NCBI GenBank assembly: GCA_043754515.1
Contig: JAYUUO010000303.1
Location: 1 to 20,610 of the forward strand
Reading direction: 5' to 3'
Length of the DNA: 20,610 nucleotides
Source: Armatimonadota bacterium
GTDB taxonomy: Bacteria; Armatimonadota; Armatimonadia; Armatimonadales; Armatimonadaceae
Notes under the pieces: model-generated
The model's input: only the letters and a program-made list of their open reading frames with translations
Database searches by the model: none
Told to the model about the DNA's origin: nothing
Shown here: in pieces, positions 1-10,704 of the stretch
How positions within the stretch are numbered: position 1 is the first letter of the stretch
Layout of the letters: the number at the start of each line of letters is the position of its first letter
Translations under genes and position numbers: made by a program

Positions 1-50
1 CGCGGGATCTCCCCGCGCCCGCCCCCCGCTTTTCACGCGGTCCGAGACGC

Positions 51-1993
<1,943 letters not shown>

Positions 1994-2060
1994 GAGATTG
2001 CGACCTTTCGTGCGTGACTAAAATGAGGGTTCCTATTCGGGATTGGCTGACGCGGCGCGA

Positions 2061-2087
2061 TTAGCACTCGCGCCCGTCGTCTGCCAA
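2061..2087. promoter_or_regulatory. CIRCE element (HrcA operator) of groESL
   Basis: TTAGCACTC-N9-GTCTGCCAA against consensus TTAGCACTC-N9-GAGTGCTAA; one arm perfect, the other 6/9; lies between the predicted promoter and the groES start. Confidence 0.85.
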
Positions 2088-2097
2088 AACCACAGCA

Positions 2098-2127
2098 AGT
2101 GTACCGCGTTTGCGCCGGTTTACGCAA
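2098..2127 (-). promoter_or_regulatory. Sigma70-type promoter of groESL
   Basis: Minus strand TTGCGT (2127-2122), 18 bp spacer, TACACT (2103-2098); 10 nt upstream of the CIRCE, the usual arrangement. Confidence 0.6.
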
Positions 2128-2150
2128 GGGGTTCGCCCCCCGATAGTGAG

Positions 2151-2166
2151 TGTTCCACGTGAAACG
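2151..2166. other. parS centromere-like site
   Basis: TGTTCCACGTGAAACG, 2 mismatches to TGTTTCACGTGAAACA. Confidence 0.85.
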
Positions 2167-2198
2167 TACCGAAGGAACGGGCGGTATAATACTCCCGA

Positions 2199-3212
2199 AT
2201 GAGTACCCACGCCGACCCGACCGGGACCGCCGACAAGCCCGTCCCCCCGTCCCCATCCCGTACATGGCAACGGCTGATACTGTCGCTTATCCCCGGCATC
2301 GAACGCCGGGTGCAAGGCGTGCCCCGCGCCACCGCCCTCAAATACGGCCGCAACCTCGGCGACATCGCGTTCGTGCTCGCGAAAAAGGCCCGTAATACCG
2401 CGCTCAAAAACCTCCGGTTCGTCTATGGCGACGCGCTGACGGAGGACGCGCGGCGCGACCTGATACGCGGCGTCTTCCGACACTTCTGTATGATGGCGAT
2501 TGACTTCCTGCGCGGACCGCTCCTCAACACACCCGCCGATCTCGACGCGCTGATCGCCTCCGTAGAAGGGTGGGAGGAGAACGTCGCGCCACTGCTCCGC
2601 GAGAAGCGAGGCGTCATCATCTGCACCGCGCACATCGGCAACTGGGAAATGCTCGGCAGATACATCGTCTCGCGCGGCGTGCCGCTCACGGTGATCGTAC
2701 GCAACCCCGAAGACGAACAGTTCGCTGCCTGGGCCAAACGGATGCGCGAGGGCGCGGGATTCTCGGTCGCCGCGAAGGGCGAGTCGGCGAAGAAGCTGCT
2801 GACAATCCTGAAGCGCGGGGAGGCTCTCGGGATTCTGCCTGACCAAAACAGCGGCGACATGTTCATCCCGTTCTTCGGCGTCCCGACCGGCACGGCGGCC
2901 GGTCCCGCTCTGCTCGCGGCCCGCACGAACGCCGGCGTGATCTGTTGCTGGTGTCTGACCGACCCGGCACAGGACTACCGCTACCGAATCATCTTCGAGG
3001 CCGAGATACCGCGCGGTGAGACCGGCGATAAACAGACCGACCTGAGCGGCGTGATGACCGAGGTCAACGCGCGGTTGGAAGCACGCATCCGCGAAACGCC
3101 CGAGCAATGGCTCTGGCTACACGACCGCTGGAAGGCGACTTTCGAGGAACATAACCAGGATCGTCTCCCACGGGGTTTAGACAGGGAACGGTTGCGGGAA
3201 CGCTATCATTAG
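2199..3212 (+). CDS. Lipid A biosynthesis lauroyl/lysophospholipid acyltransferase (LpxL/HtrB family)
   Basis: 337 aa; TAHIGNWE (H-x4-E/D), ILPDQ, IPFFG, IRETPEQWLWLHDRWK motifs; TATAAT at 2185-2190, 8 nt before the ATG. Confidence 0.9.
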   Translation: MSTHADPTGTADKPVPPSPSRTWQRLILSLIPGIERRVQGVPRATALKYGRNLGDIAFVLAKKARNTALKNLRFVYGDALTEDARRDLIRGVFRHFCMMAIDFLRGPLLNTPADLDALIASVEGWEENVAPLLREKRGVIICTAHIGNWEMLGRYIVSRGVPLTVIVRNPEDEQFAAWAKRMREGAGFSVAAKGESAKKLLTILKRGEALGILPDQNSGDMFIPFFGVPTGTAAGPALLAARTNAGVICCWCLTDPAQDYRYRIIFEAEIPRGETGDKQTDLSGVMTEVNARLEARIRETPEQWLWLHDRWKATFEEHNQDRLPRGLDRERLRERYH

Positions 3213-3464
3213 GAACCTTGAACGCGCCCATCGGAATACCAGGGACGCGTACGAAACACTCTCACGCCGTATCGCCGCCGCTAGCCCCATGATGCTTTAG
3301 CGGGCGAACTACGCCGATATACCGGTTTTTAGTGCGCGGGCTGATCTTACCCTATACTAAAGTCGGACACACGCCTATAATAAAAGAGCCAGCGTACTCG
3401 GAGCGGAGTTCGGCAGCAGTGTCATGTTCCAGGGTGTCACACGAACATACCCGAAGGAGTTAAA

Positions 3465-3860
3465 ATGCAAGTAACAAGCGAAGAGTTGTACCGGATTCAT
3501 AACGATGGTACCACGCGGCACAGCGGAGAGACGACCGGCACCTACCAGGCCACCGAAACCGTCGTCGGCGCGGATCGCTCCCCCTGGGTGCGTCTCGCGC
3601 GCCCGGAGTCAGGCACCACGACTCCTACCGTGTCACGACGGCGCACTGCGGTCGCGCCCGTCATCGGCGGCGAACCTGTCACACGCGAGACCCGCGCCGA
3701 AATCGAACGGGTCGTCAGCCAGAACGCTTTCGTGCCTGATGTGCGTGACGACATCGTCGCGTCCCTCCGCGAGCGAATCGAGTCGGGTCTTTACAATGTG
3801 GGTGCCGAAATTATCGCCGAAATGATGGTACGGCGTGCCGTGGCGGACCAACTCCGCTAG
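3465..3860 (+). CDS. flgM: FlgM-like anti-sigma-28 factor
   Basis: 131 aa; C-terminus PDVRDDIVASLRERIESGLYNVGAEIIAEMM fits the FlgM pattern (R.e.V..lk..I..G.Y.vd...iA.km); RBS GAAGGAG at 3453-3459. Confidence 0.75.
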   Translation: MQVTSEELYRIHNDGTTRHSGETTGTYQATETVVGADRSPWVRLARPESGTTTPTVSRRRTAVAPVIGGEPVTRETRAEIERVVSQNAFVPDVRDDIVASLRERIESGLYNVGAEIIAEMMVRRAVADQLR

Positions 3861-3879
3861 AGCCGCCATGAAATAACGA

Positions 3880-3918
3880 GATGGAGGAGGGTGCTAGGCC
3901 CTCCCCGGCTCTTCCATC
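3880..3918. terminator. Possible hairpin between convergent flgM and gnd
   Basis: GGAGGG/CCCTCC inner stem and GATGGA/TCCATC outer stem; no clear U tract. Confidence 0.3.
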
Positions 3919-3948
3919 CCGACGAGTTCGCAACGGTCGCTCGCTCCC

Positions 3949-5424
3949 CTATTCCGCCCACTGCGAGTGGAACGCGCCCTCCCGGTCTGTACGCTCGTAA
4001 GTGTGCGCCCCGAACAGGTCGCGTTGCGCCTGGATCAGGTTCGCGGGTAGCCGCTCCCTCCGGTAGCCGTCATAATAAGCGAGTGCTGCGCTAAACGCCG
4101 GTGTCGGGATACCTAGCCGCACCGCCTCCGCGATAACCAGACGCCAATGTTTCTGCGCGTTCTTTAATCCTTCCGCGAAGTAGGGTGCTAGCATCAGATT
4201 CGCAATCGCCGGGTTTTCATCATAGGCATTTTTGATCCGGTCCAGGAAGCGTGCCCGGATGATGCAGCCGCCACGCCAGATCGTCGCCAGTTCCCCGTAA
4301 TGCAACGTCCATCCCCACGTCGCCGCCGCCTGCTTCATCTGGTCGAAGCCTTGCGCGTACGCGATGATCTTGGACGCGTATAACGCGTCGCGCACCGCGT
4401 CAACGAAGGCTTGTTTTTCCATACTCAGAGTCTCGCCGTCCGGCCCCGCGAGTACCTTCGATGCCGCCACTCGCTCTACTTTCTGCGAGGAGAGGAAACG
4501 CGCGAAGACCGCTTCCGTTATCGCGGTGACGGGCGCGCCGAGATCCAGCGCGCTTTGCGACACCCATTTGCCGGTGCCTTTCTGCGCGGCGACGTCCTGG
4601 ACTTTATCGAGCAGATAGCCCGATTCGCCGGACTGGTCGTCCATCGTGCGGAAGATACGCGCCGTGATTTCGATCAGGAAACTGTCCAAGTCGCCCGCGT
4701 TCCACTGCGTGAATACGCCGCCTATTTCCTGGTTGGATAAAGCCGCCGCGTTTTTAAGCAGGTCGTACGCCTCCGCGATCAGTTGCATGTCGGCGTACTC
4801 GATGCCGTTATGTACGGTCTTGACGTAGTGGCCCGCGCCGCCTTCGCCGATAAATGTGCAACAGGGCGTGCCGTCCACGTGCGCGGAGATGGCGGTGAGT
4901 ATGTCGGAGACGCGGTCGTAGCCCGCGCGGGGTCCTCCTGGCATGATAGACGGCCCGTTCAGCGCGCCCTCTTCGCCGCCCGACACGCCGGTGCCGAGGA
5001 ACAGGAAGCCGCGCGCCGTTAAATCTTGGATACGCCGCTCGGTGTCGGTCCAGAGCGAGTTTCCGCCATCAATCAGAAGGTCGCCGGGCGCGAGATGCGG
5101 GATAAGATTCTCGATCACCTGATCTACCGGCTTCCCCGCTTTGACCATGATCATAATCGTGCGTGGTGTCTTTATGGCGTTGACGAAGTTCGCGTCGGTA
5201 TCGGTGAACACGAGCGGTTCCTTGTAAGTGCTATCCGCCCCGTATTCTTTGACGAAGTCGGTCGTTTTCTCGGTGGTGCGGTTGTGGACGGCTATCGGGA
5301 ATCCGTGCCGCGCGATGTTACGGGCAAGGTTCTGTCCCATAACGGCGAGGCCAGTCAGACCGATACGGGGCATTCCCGCGCCCGCGTTTTGTGTTGAGGT
5401 TGGCGCATCTTGTGGCGTGCTCAT
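3949..5424 (-). CDS. gnd: 6-phosphogluconate dehydrogenase, decarboxylating, NADP-dependent (long form)
   Basis: 491 aa; GLAVMGQNLA, GVSGGEEGA, VHNGIEYADMQ, QKGTGKW, WRGGCIIRA, QAQRDLFGAHTYER; RBS GGAGTGA upstream. Confidence 0.98.
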   Translation of the reverse strand: MSTPQDAPTSTQNAGAGMPRIGLTGLAVMGQNLARNIARHGFPIAVHNRTTEKTTDFVKEYGADSTYKEPLVFTDTDANFVNAIKTPRTIMIMVKAGKPVDQVIENLIPHLAPGDLLIDGGNSLWTDTERRIQDLTARGFLFLGTGVSGGEEGALNGPSIMPGGPRAGYDRVSDILTAISAHVDGTPCCTFIGEGGAGHYVKTVHNGIEYADMQLIAEAYDLLKNAAALSNQEIGGVFTQWNAGDLDSFLIEITARIFRTMDDQSGESGYLLDKVQDVAAQKGTGKWVSQSALDLGAPVTAITEAVFARFLSSQKVERVAASKVLAGPDGETLSMEKQAFVDAVRDALYASKIIAYAQGFDQMKQAAATWGWTLHYGELATIWRGGCIIRARFLDRIKNAYDENPAIANLMLAPYFAEGLKNAQKHWRLVIAEAVRLGIPTPAFSAALAYYDGYRRERLPANLIQAQRDLFGAHTYERTDREGAFHSQWAE

Positions 5425-5555
5425 AAAAAATTATCACTCCTGGGTTATGCCGCTTGCGTGGCAACTAAGGCTAGTATACCCGTATCCCCCACCCGTGGAA
5501 GTTCACCCTGTTTCTGATACAATCCCCAAACATACCTGGAAAGGTCGTTTACAAC

Positions 5556-6962
5556 ATGCCGGTTCCCGTTTGGGCACTCCTACCGATTGTCCTGCCGCTC
5601 TCCACACACGGTCGTGTCGCTCATAATCCCGCCGCGCCCGCCGCCGTCACCGTTTCGCGTGAAACGGAATCGCCTAAGATCTCTTTCGAGCAATACCAAC
5701 TGCCGAATGGGTTACGGGTGATCCTAGCCCCGGACTCGTTCGCGCCCGTAGTCGCCGTTAACGTCACCTATGATGTCGGGTCGCGCGACGAGAAGCCGGG
5801 GCGCACCGGCTTCGCGCACCTTTTCGAGCACATGATGTTCCAGGGGTCGGAGAACGTCGGCAAGGGCGAGCATATCCTGCTCACCACGTCGGTCGGCGGC
5901 ACCATGAACGGCTCCACGAACCAGGATCGCACCAACTACTTCGAGTCGCTCCCCAAAAACCAACTTAAACTCGGGCTGTTCCTGGAAGCCGACCGCATGC
6001 GGTCTCTCGACATATCGCAGGTTAACCTCGACAACCAGCGCGCCGTCGTGCAGGAAGAGCGCAGACAAAGCTACGACAACCGCGCCTACGGCCAGGCGTA
6101 CGAGGCTCTGCTCGACCTCGCCTATACCAACTTCGCGTACAAGCACTCGACCATCGGCTCGCTCGCCGATCTGAATGCCGCGACACTCGGAGATGTGCGC
6201 GGATTTTTCGCCACCTACTACGTCCCCAACAACGCGGTTTTAACGGTGACCGGGGATTTCGATACCGCGACCGCGAAGCGGCTGATCGCGCAGTATTACG
6301 GGCCGATCCCGCGTAAGCCGGACCCGCCGCGCATCTCACCCGACGAGCCGACGCGGTTCACGGCGGGCGAGCGGCGCAAGACGCTCAGCGACCGCCTAGC
6401 GCGTCAGACGCGCATTGAGGAGGCGTATGTCACCGTAGCGGGCAACGACCCGGATTACTACGCGCTCGACATATTGGGAGACATTCTGTCTAGCGGTCGC
6501 ACCTCGCGCCTTTACAAGACACTTGTGGAGACGGGACTCGCGACGGGTTCCAATGCCGGTCCGAGCGAAGGGCGCGGGCCGGGGCTGTTTATCGTCTCGG
6601 CGACCCTGCCCCCCGACAAATCCGGCTCCGCCGCGACCGACGCGGTCGAGGCGGTGATCACCCGAGAGGTGCAGCGCATCATCCGCGAGGGCGTCACGGA
6701 CGAAGAGGTGGCACGCGCGGCACGCTCCAGCCGCGTCCGGCTCGCGGGCGCCTACCGCACCACCCTATCACGCGCGTCCGCCATGTCGCTCTATGCCATT
6801 TACTTCAACGATCCGAACCGCGTTAACACGCTGGCTGATAACCTCAAAAAAGTCACCCCACGTCAGGTGCAGGCGGCGGCGGCGAAGTACGTCACCAAGA
6901 ATAACCGATCCGTCGTTATCGTCGAGCCTGCCCGCGTTATCGCAGGAAGTGTCACCCAGTAA
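5556..6962 (+). CDS. M16 (pitrilysin-family) zinc peptidase, catalytic subunit
   Basis: 468 aa; LPNGLRV, GSRDEKPGRTGFAHLFEHMMFQGS (HxxEH), TNYFE, EADRM; TGnTACAAT and GGAAAGG upstream. Confidence 0.93.
   Translation: MPVPVWALLPIVLPLSTHGRVAHNPAAPAAVTVSRETESPKISFEQYQLPNGLRVILAPDSFAPVVAVNVTYDVGSRDEKPGRTGFAHLFEHMMFQGSENVGKGEHILLTTSVGGTMNGSTNQDRTNYFESLPKNQLKLGLFLEADRMRSLDISQVNLDNQRAVVQEERRQSYDNRAYGQAYEALLDLAYTNFAYKHSTIGSLADLNAATLGDVRGFFATYYVPNNAVLTVTGDFDTATAKRLIAQYYGPIPRKPDPPRISPDEPTRFTAGERRKTLSDRLARQTRIEEAYVTVAGNDPDYYALDILGDILSSGRTSRLYKTLVETGLATGSNAGPSEGRGPGLFIVSATLPPDKSGSAATDAVEAVITREVQRIIREGVTDEEVARAARSSRVRLAGAYRTTLSRASAMSLYAIYFNDPNRVNTLADNLKKVTPRQVQAAAAKYVTKNNRSVVIVEPARVIAGSVTQ
5651..5666. 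other. parS-like site inside the M16 catalytic subunit gene
   Basis: CGTTTCGCGTGAAACG, near-palindrome; encodes VSRET. Confidence 0.6.
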
Positions 6963-8515
6963 TGAATTACCCCCATACAAAACATACGCAACTTCTTTTC
7001 GCCGTGCTGATGCTGGGTGTTTCACATGAAACGTCCGTGCCTGTATTCGCACAGGGGGATACTGCCGGTGCTGCTGTTATCGCGCCGCCCCCCTCGACCG
7101 TGGTCAAGAACCGCTCCCCCGTTGATACCAAGCCGCTCGAAGTCCGTATCCCGCCCGCCGTTGAAGACACGCTCCCGAACAAGGCGCGGGTGTTCGTGGT
7201 CGAGGATCACCGCGCCGCGCTGGTGACGGTCACGGCGTCCGTCCGCGCCGGGTCACTGTACGAGAGAGCGGACGGTAAATGTGGTGTGTCCGAAATGGTA
7301 TCCGCGATGCTTCTCGAAGGCACGAAATCCTACTCCTACGAGCAGATTTCGGCACTGATAGACAAATATGGTGCTAGTTTCAACGCGAACGCCGGGGAAG
7401 ACCGCGCGACGGTGTCCCTTACCTGCCTGTCCGAGAACGTCGAGGAGTTACTGCCCGTGCTCGCCGAACTCGTGTACGCGCCGACATTCCCGGCGGATCG
7501 GTTCGCGAAGATACGCGCCCGCGCACAGGCGGGTGCCATCGCGCGGCAATCCGACCCCAACGTGCTTGCGTCCGACGCATTGCGTGCCGCGCTATACGGC
7601 GCGGCCTCGCCCTACGGCACGCCGTCCATCACCGCCGCGCAAGTCGGTGCGGTTACCCTGGAGGATTTACGCGGCTTCCACGACACGCGGTACCGCCCCG
7701 ATGAGCTTCTAATCGGGGTAGCCGGTGATGTTCGCGCGAAGCAGATCATGGTTCCGCTACGACGCGTGTTCGGTGGTATGGTGGCTCCAGGCACTCCGAC
7801 GATCATGCTACCGCCCGCAACTTTCGTATCGGGCGTTTCCGGGAGCAATTTGCCTCCCGCCGCGCCGATCGTGATTGACCGGCCCGGCTCGGCGCAGACA
7901 GTGCTTACCTTCGGCGTGCCCGCGATCCGGCGAGACGATCCCGATTACTTCTCATTGCTACTGGCGAACCGTATTTTAGGCGGTGGGTTCAACTCGCGGC
8001 TCAACCAGAAGTTGCGCGAGGAGAAAGGCTACACCTACGGGGCGCGATCCACCCTCTTCGCGCCGCGCTGGAGTGGCATCTGGACCGCCTCGGCGAGCGT
8101 GCGCAACGCGGTGACCACGGACGCGGCGAAAGACTTCATGGGCGAGTTCGTTAAACTGCAAACCACCCCGCCGAAGCAGGGCGAGTTGGATCTCGTCAAA
8201 CAGTCGCTGATCGGCAGTTTCGCGCTCACCCTGGAATCCCCTGAATCGGTACTGGCGCGGTCGCTGGAGCGGTACGAGTACGGCCTACCGACTGACTACT
8301 GGAACACGTACGCCGACCGCGTTCGCGCCGTCACCCCAGCAGACGTTTCCCGCGTCGCGCGGAAGTACTTCGGCGGCACGGACGGCGGAACCGTACACTC
8401 GCCGCGCGTCGCGGCGGTCGCGGTCGGCGAGAAGTCGCTGATCGAAGCGGGATTCAAGGCGTCCGTTTCGCAGGCGGAGTCGTCCGGGGTCATCCCGCCC
8501 CCATCCCGACCTTAA
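6962..8515 (+). CDS. M16 peptidase non-catalytic partner subunit, probably secreted
   Basis: 517 aa; M16 fold motifs, HxxEH replaced (SEMVSAML), ILGGGFNSRLNQKLREEKGYTYG (R/Y pair); TAATG stop/start overlap with upstream gene; signal-peptide-like N-terminus ending VFA-Q. Confidence 0.9.
   Translation: MNYPHTKHTQLLFAVLMLGVSHETSVPVFAQGDTAGAAVIAPPPSTVVKNRSPVDTKPLEVRIPPAVEDTLPNKARVFVVEDHRAALVTVTASVRAGSLYERADGKCGVSEMVSAMLLEGTKSYSYEQISALIDKYGASFNANAGEDRATVSLTCLSENVEELLPVLAELVYAPTFPADRFAKIRARAQAGAIARQSDPNVLASDALRAALYGAASPYGTPSITAAQVGAVTLEDLRGFHDTRYRPDELLIGVAGDVRAKQIMVPLRRVFGGMVAPGTPTIMLPPATFVSGVSGSNLPPAAPIVIDRPGSAQTVLTFGVPAIRRDDPDYFSLLLANRILGGGFNSRLNQKLREEKGYTYGARSTLFAPRWSGIWTASASVRNAVTTDAAKDFMGEFVKLQTTPPKQGELDLVKQSLIGSFALTLESPESVLARSLERYEYGLPTDYWNTYADRVRAVTPADVSRVARKYFGGTDGGTVHSPRVAAVAVGEKSLIEAGFKASVSQAESSGVIPPPSRP
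7018..7033. other. parS site inside the M16 partner gene
   Basis: TGTTTCACATGAAACG, 2 mismatches to consensus; encodes VSHET. Confidence 0.8.
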
Positions 8516-8525
8516 AAACATGTCT

Positions 8526-8562
8526 GGGGCGGGGTGTATAGCGTTTGTCTCGCTCCCGCCCC
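8526..8562. terminator. Possible hairpin between convergent genes
   Basis: GGGGCGGG (8526-8533) pairs with CCCGCCCC (8555-8562); long loop, no U tract. Confidence 0.25.
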
Positions 8563-8639
8563 TCGGTCCCTGCGGCGGGGTACCGGCGTCTGTCACACAA
8601 CGACGCAGTGTCCGGTGTTTACAAGAGTCGTGACTACTA

Positions 8640-9614
8640 CTAAAACGCCCTTTCCCCAATGTTCAGAAGCCAGTCGGGAACCGGTGCCTCTTTCGCCTGC
8701 TCTAAAACCAGCGTCGTGCCCTGATCGCCGGTCAAAAGGTACACTTTGTCCGAGGTTTGCAGGATGATTTTGAATCCCTGCCCCATCGTGCCGCTCGACG
8801 AGTACCCTTTTTCCAGCGCGGCACGTGGCAGGTCGAGGATGGAAATGCCTTTGCCGTAGTCACGGATCCACGTCTGCACGACCGGCGTGTCCCCCTCCCG
8901 GACGCGAACCTGACCGGTCCCAGCCTCGCCATGAATTACGGCGTTCATCGCGGCCTCGCCTACCGCGTTCTCGAAGTCATCAATACGGGTTAGCGGCATC
9001 TGAACCTCGGCACACTGCTGGCGCACCTGCATGCGCATTTGGCGTAGCGTGCTGAGAGCGAGTGGTACCGGTTCCCCGCGTGGCGTTCCGAGGAGGGGAA
9101 GGTCTTTCTCGGACTGGCAAAGTATCAGCTTGCCCTCCGTCGCGGCGGATAGTACGTCGCGCAGTAGGCGGTCACGGTTCCACAAGGCTACCTTCGCTTC
9201 TTCGCGGAGGTGGGCTAACTCTTCCTGGCAGGCGCGCAGTTCGGTGTCGTCGCGCACCGTCACGAGCAGGTTCGGGGCATTCAGACAGCTGAGACCGATA
9301 TCAACGGGTAGGGCATTCAGGGTCAGGTGCCGCGCCCGCGTGTCACCCGGTGCCTGATAACGCATCTCGATGCCGTTGGGGATGGGGTTCGTGTCTCCTA
9401 TATATGCCTGGTGGAGCAGGACATCCTTCAGGGGCGTATCGCGCCATGCGTCGCCCAGGTCCCACAGGAGATGCCCTACCACTTCCGCGTACGTCGTCTG
9501 AAACGTGGTCATGAAAGCCGGGTTTACGTGCCGTACTTCGCCCTCGGGCGAGACGATCATTACCGGCTCGGTTAGCATGTTCAGGACCTGCTCGCCCTTC
9601 AATCCGTTACTCAT
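8640..9614 (-). CDS. PAS-domain protein with C-terminal GHKL/HATPase_c domain of the RsbT/RsbW anti-sigma Ser/Thr kinase type
   Basis: 324 aa; N-terminal PAS (EPVMIVSPEGEVRHVNPAF ... VTVRDDTE), coiled coil, then AVGEAAMNAVIHG (N box), IRDYGKGI (G1), GYSSSGTMGQGF (G2), GTTLV; no HisKA H-box. Confidence 0.8.
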   Translation of the reverse strand: MSNGLKGEQVLNMLTEPVMIVSPEGEVRHVNPAFMTTFQTTYAEVVGHLLWDLGDAWRDTPLKDVLLHQAYIGDTNPIPNGIEMRYQAPGDTRARHLTLNALPVDIGLSCLNAPNLLVTVRDDTELRACQEELAHLREEAKVALWNRDRLLRDVLSAATEGKLILCQSEKDLPLLGTPRGEPVPLALSTLRQMRMQVRQQCAEVQMPLTRIDDFENAVGEAAMNAVIHGEAGTGQVRVREGDTPVVQTWIRDYGKGISILDLPRAALEKGYSSSGTMGQGFKIILQTSDKVYLLTGDQGTTLVLEQAKEAPVPDWLLNIGERAF

Positions 9615-9765
9615 TTATCACTCGTTTCGTCGCGCGTCATGTCTATTTCGCCCTTCGCCCCCGTTTTGTCGGGAATCTTGGTATAGACTACCCGAATGCA
9701 ACGCCATAATGATCATGTATTTCTTCACAGCGGGATGCGAATCATCAAGCGAGCGATTTGCATCT

Positions 9766-9781
9766 TGTTTCACGTGGAACA
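9766..9781. other. parS site
   Basis: TGTTTCACGTGGAACA, 1 mismatch to consensus. Confidence 0.92.
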
Positions 9782-9796
9782 TAACGACATGTTATT

Positions 9797-9812
9797 TGTT
9801 TCATGTGAAACA
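9797..9812. other. parS site
   Basis: TGTTTCATGTGAAACA, 1 mismatch; 15 bp from the previous site. Confidence 0.92.
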
Positions 9813-10324
9813 TGTAAGGTCGGAGAAGAGGAACGATTCCGACGATCCCCAACGTCGGCTAGGTAGTTGTGCCATCGCCTCCTTCGATCCCAGACGGGCC
9901 GGTAGTGCTCGACGACGTTCGGATCCCCGCCCCCCGGCACCCGAAAGGGGCGGGATGGGATGGCGACGGCGCGGCAATGAAGGGGGGCACGGGGGCCACG
10001 ATCCGCCTCCGGTTCATGCGCCGCGCTCGGGCTGATCCACGCTCCGAATCCCATACACGGGTTACATTATGCCTTTACGCCACGATCTGAAGGCATTCTT
10101 AGTTTGACTGAAATATTGCGTATCAATGTGATTGTTGCTTTGTGTCCAGTTCTCGATAGTAAAAGTGGCCGCTCCCGTCCGACTCATCCCTCCGCACGCC
10201 CGGAATAGCAGTTCGCGCAAGCACCTGAACAATTACCCGGTCCGGCTGAGCGGGGGGTGGACATTACGCTGTCGGGGGCGACTTCGCGCGGATCGCGGGC
10301 AGAGGTAGCGGTTTAATATTACTA

Positions 10325-10333
10325 TTATTCACA
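10325..10333 (+). promoter_or_regulatory. DnaA box upstream of dnaA
   Basis: TTATTCACA matches TTWTNCACA, inside an AT-rich patch (~10312-10392). Confidence 0.55.
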
Positions 10334-10565
10334 TTTCGCAATGTCTAATGATATTAAAACATATATAAAAGGTTTAAGTTTGTTTTTTGTTTCCCCCGGC
10401 TTGAGGTTTTGGAGACCAATAGTTTGCCTGAGGGGGCGAACGGCGTTCGGGGCGGCGTGTGCAACTTCTAACCGCACTGCTACGAAAAATCGTCCTTGCC
10501 ACAACACACCGGCTTTTAACACAAGCGCACGGCACAAATGACGCTTTCTGACGCCGCGCGGCGCA

Positions 10566-10594
10566 TGGACGCAGCCCCATTGCGTTGCTATAAT
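10566..10594 (+). promoter_or_regulatory. Sigma70-type promoter of dnaA
   Basis: TGGACG, 17 bp spacer, TATAAT (10589-10594) with an extended -10 TG at 10586-10587. Confidence 0.65.
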
Positions 10595-10704
10595 CCGCCC
10601 TGTCCCTAGCCGATTCCCTACCGGGAAGGCGCGGGAGATCGGACAGACGAAGATGCGGCGTGAAGAGATGACATGGGCTACGAAACTTTCCGGGGGGTGG
10701 GACA

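Noticed and set aside
3677..3692. parS-like TGTCACACGCGAGACC in flgM
   Set aside because: Five mismatches to consensus
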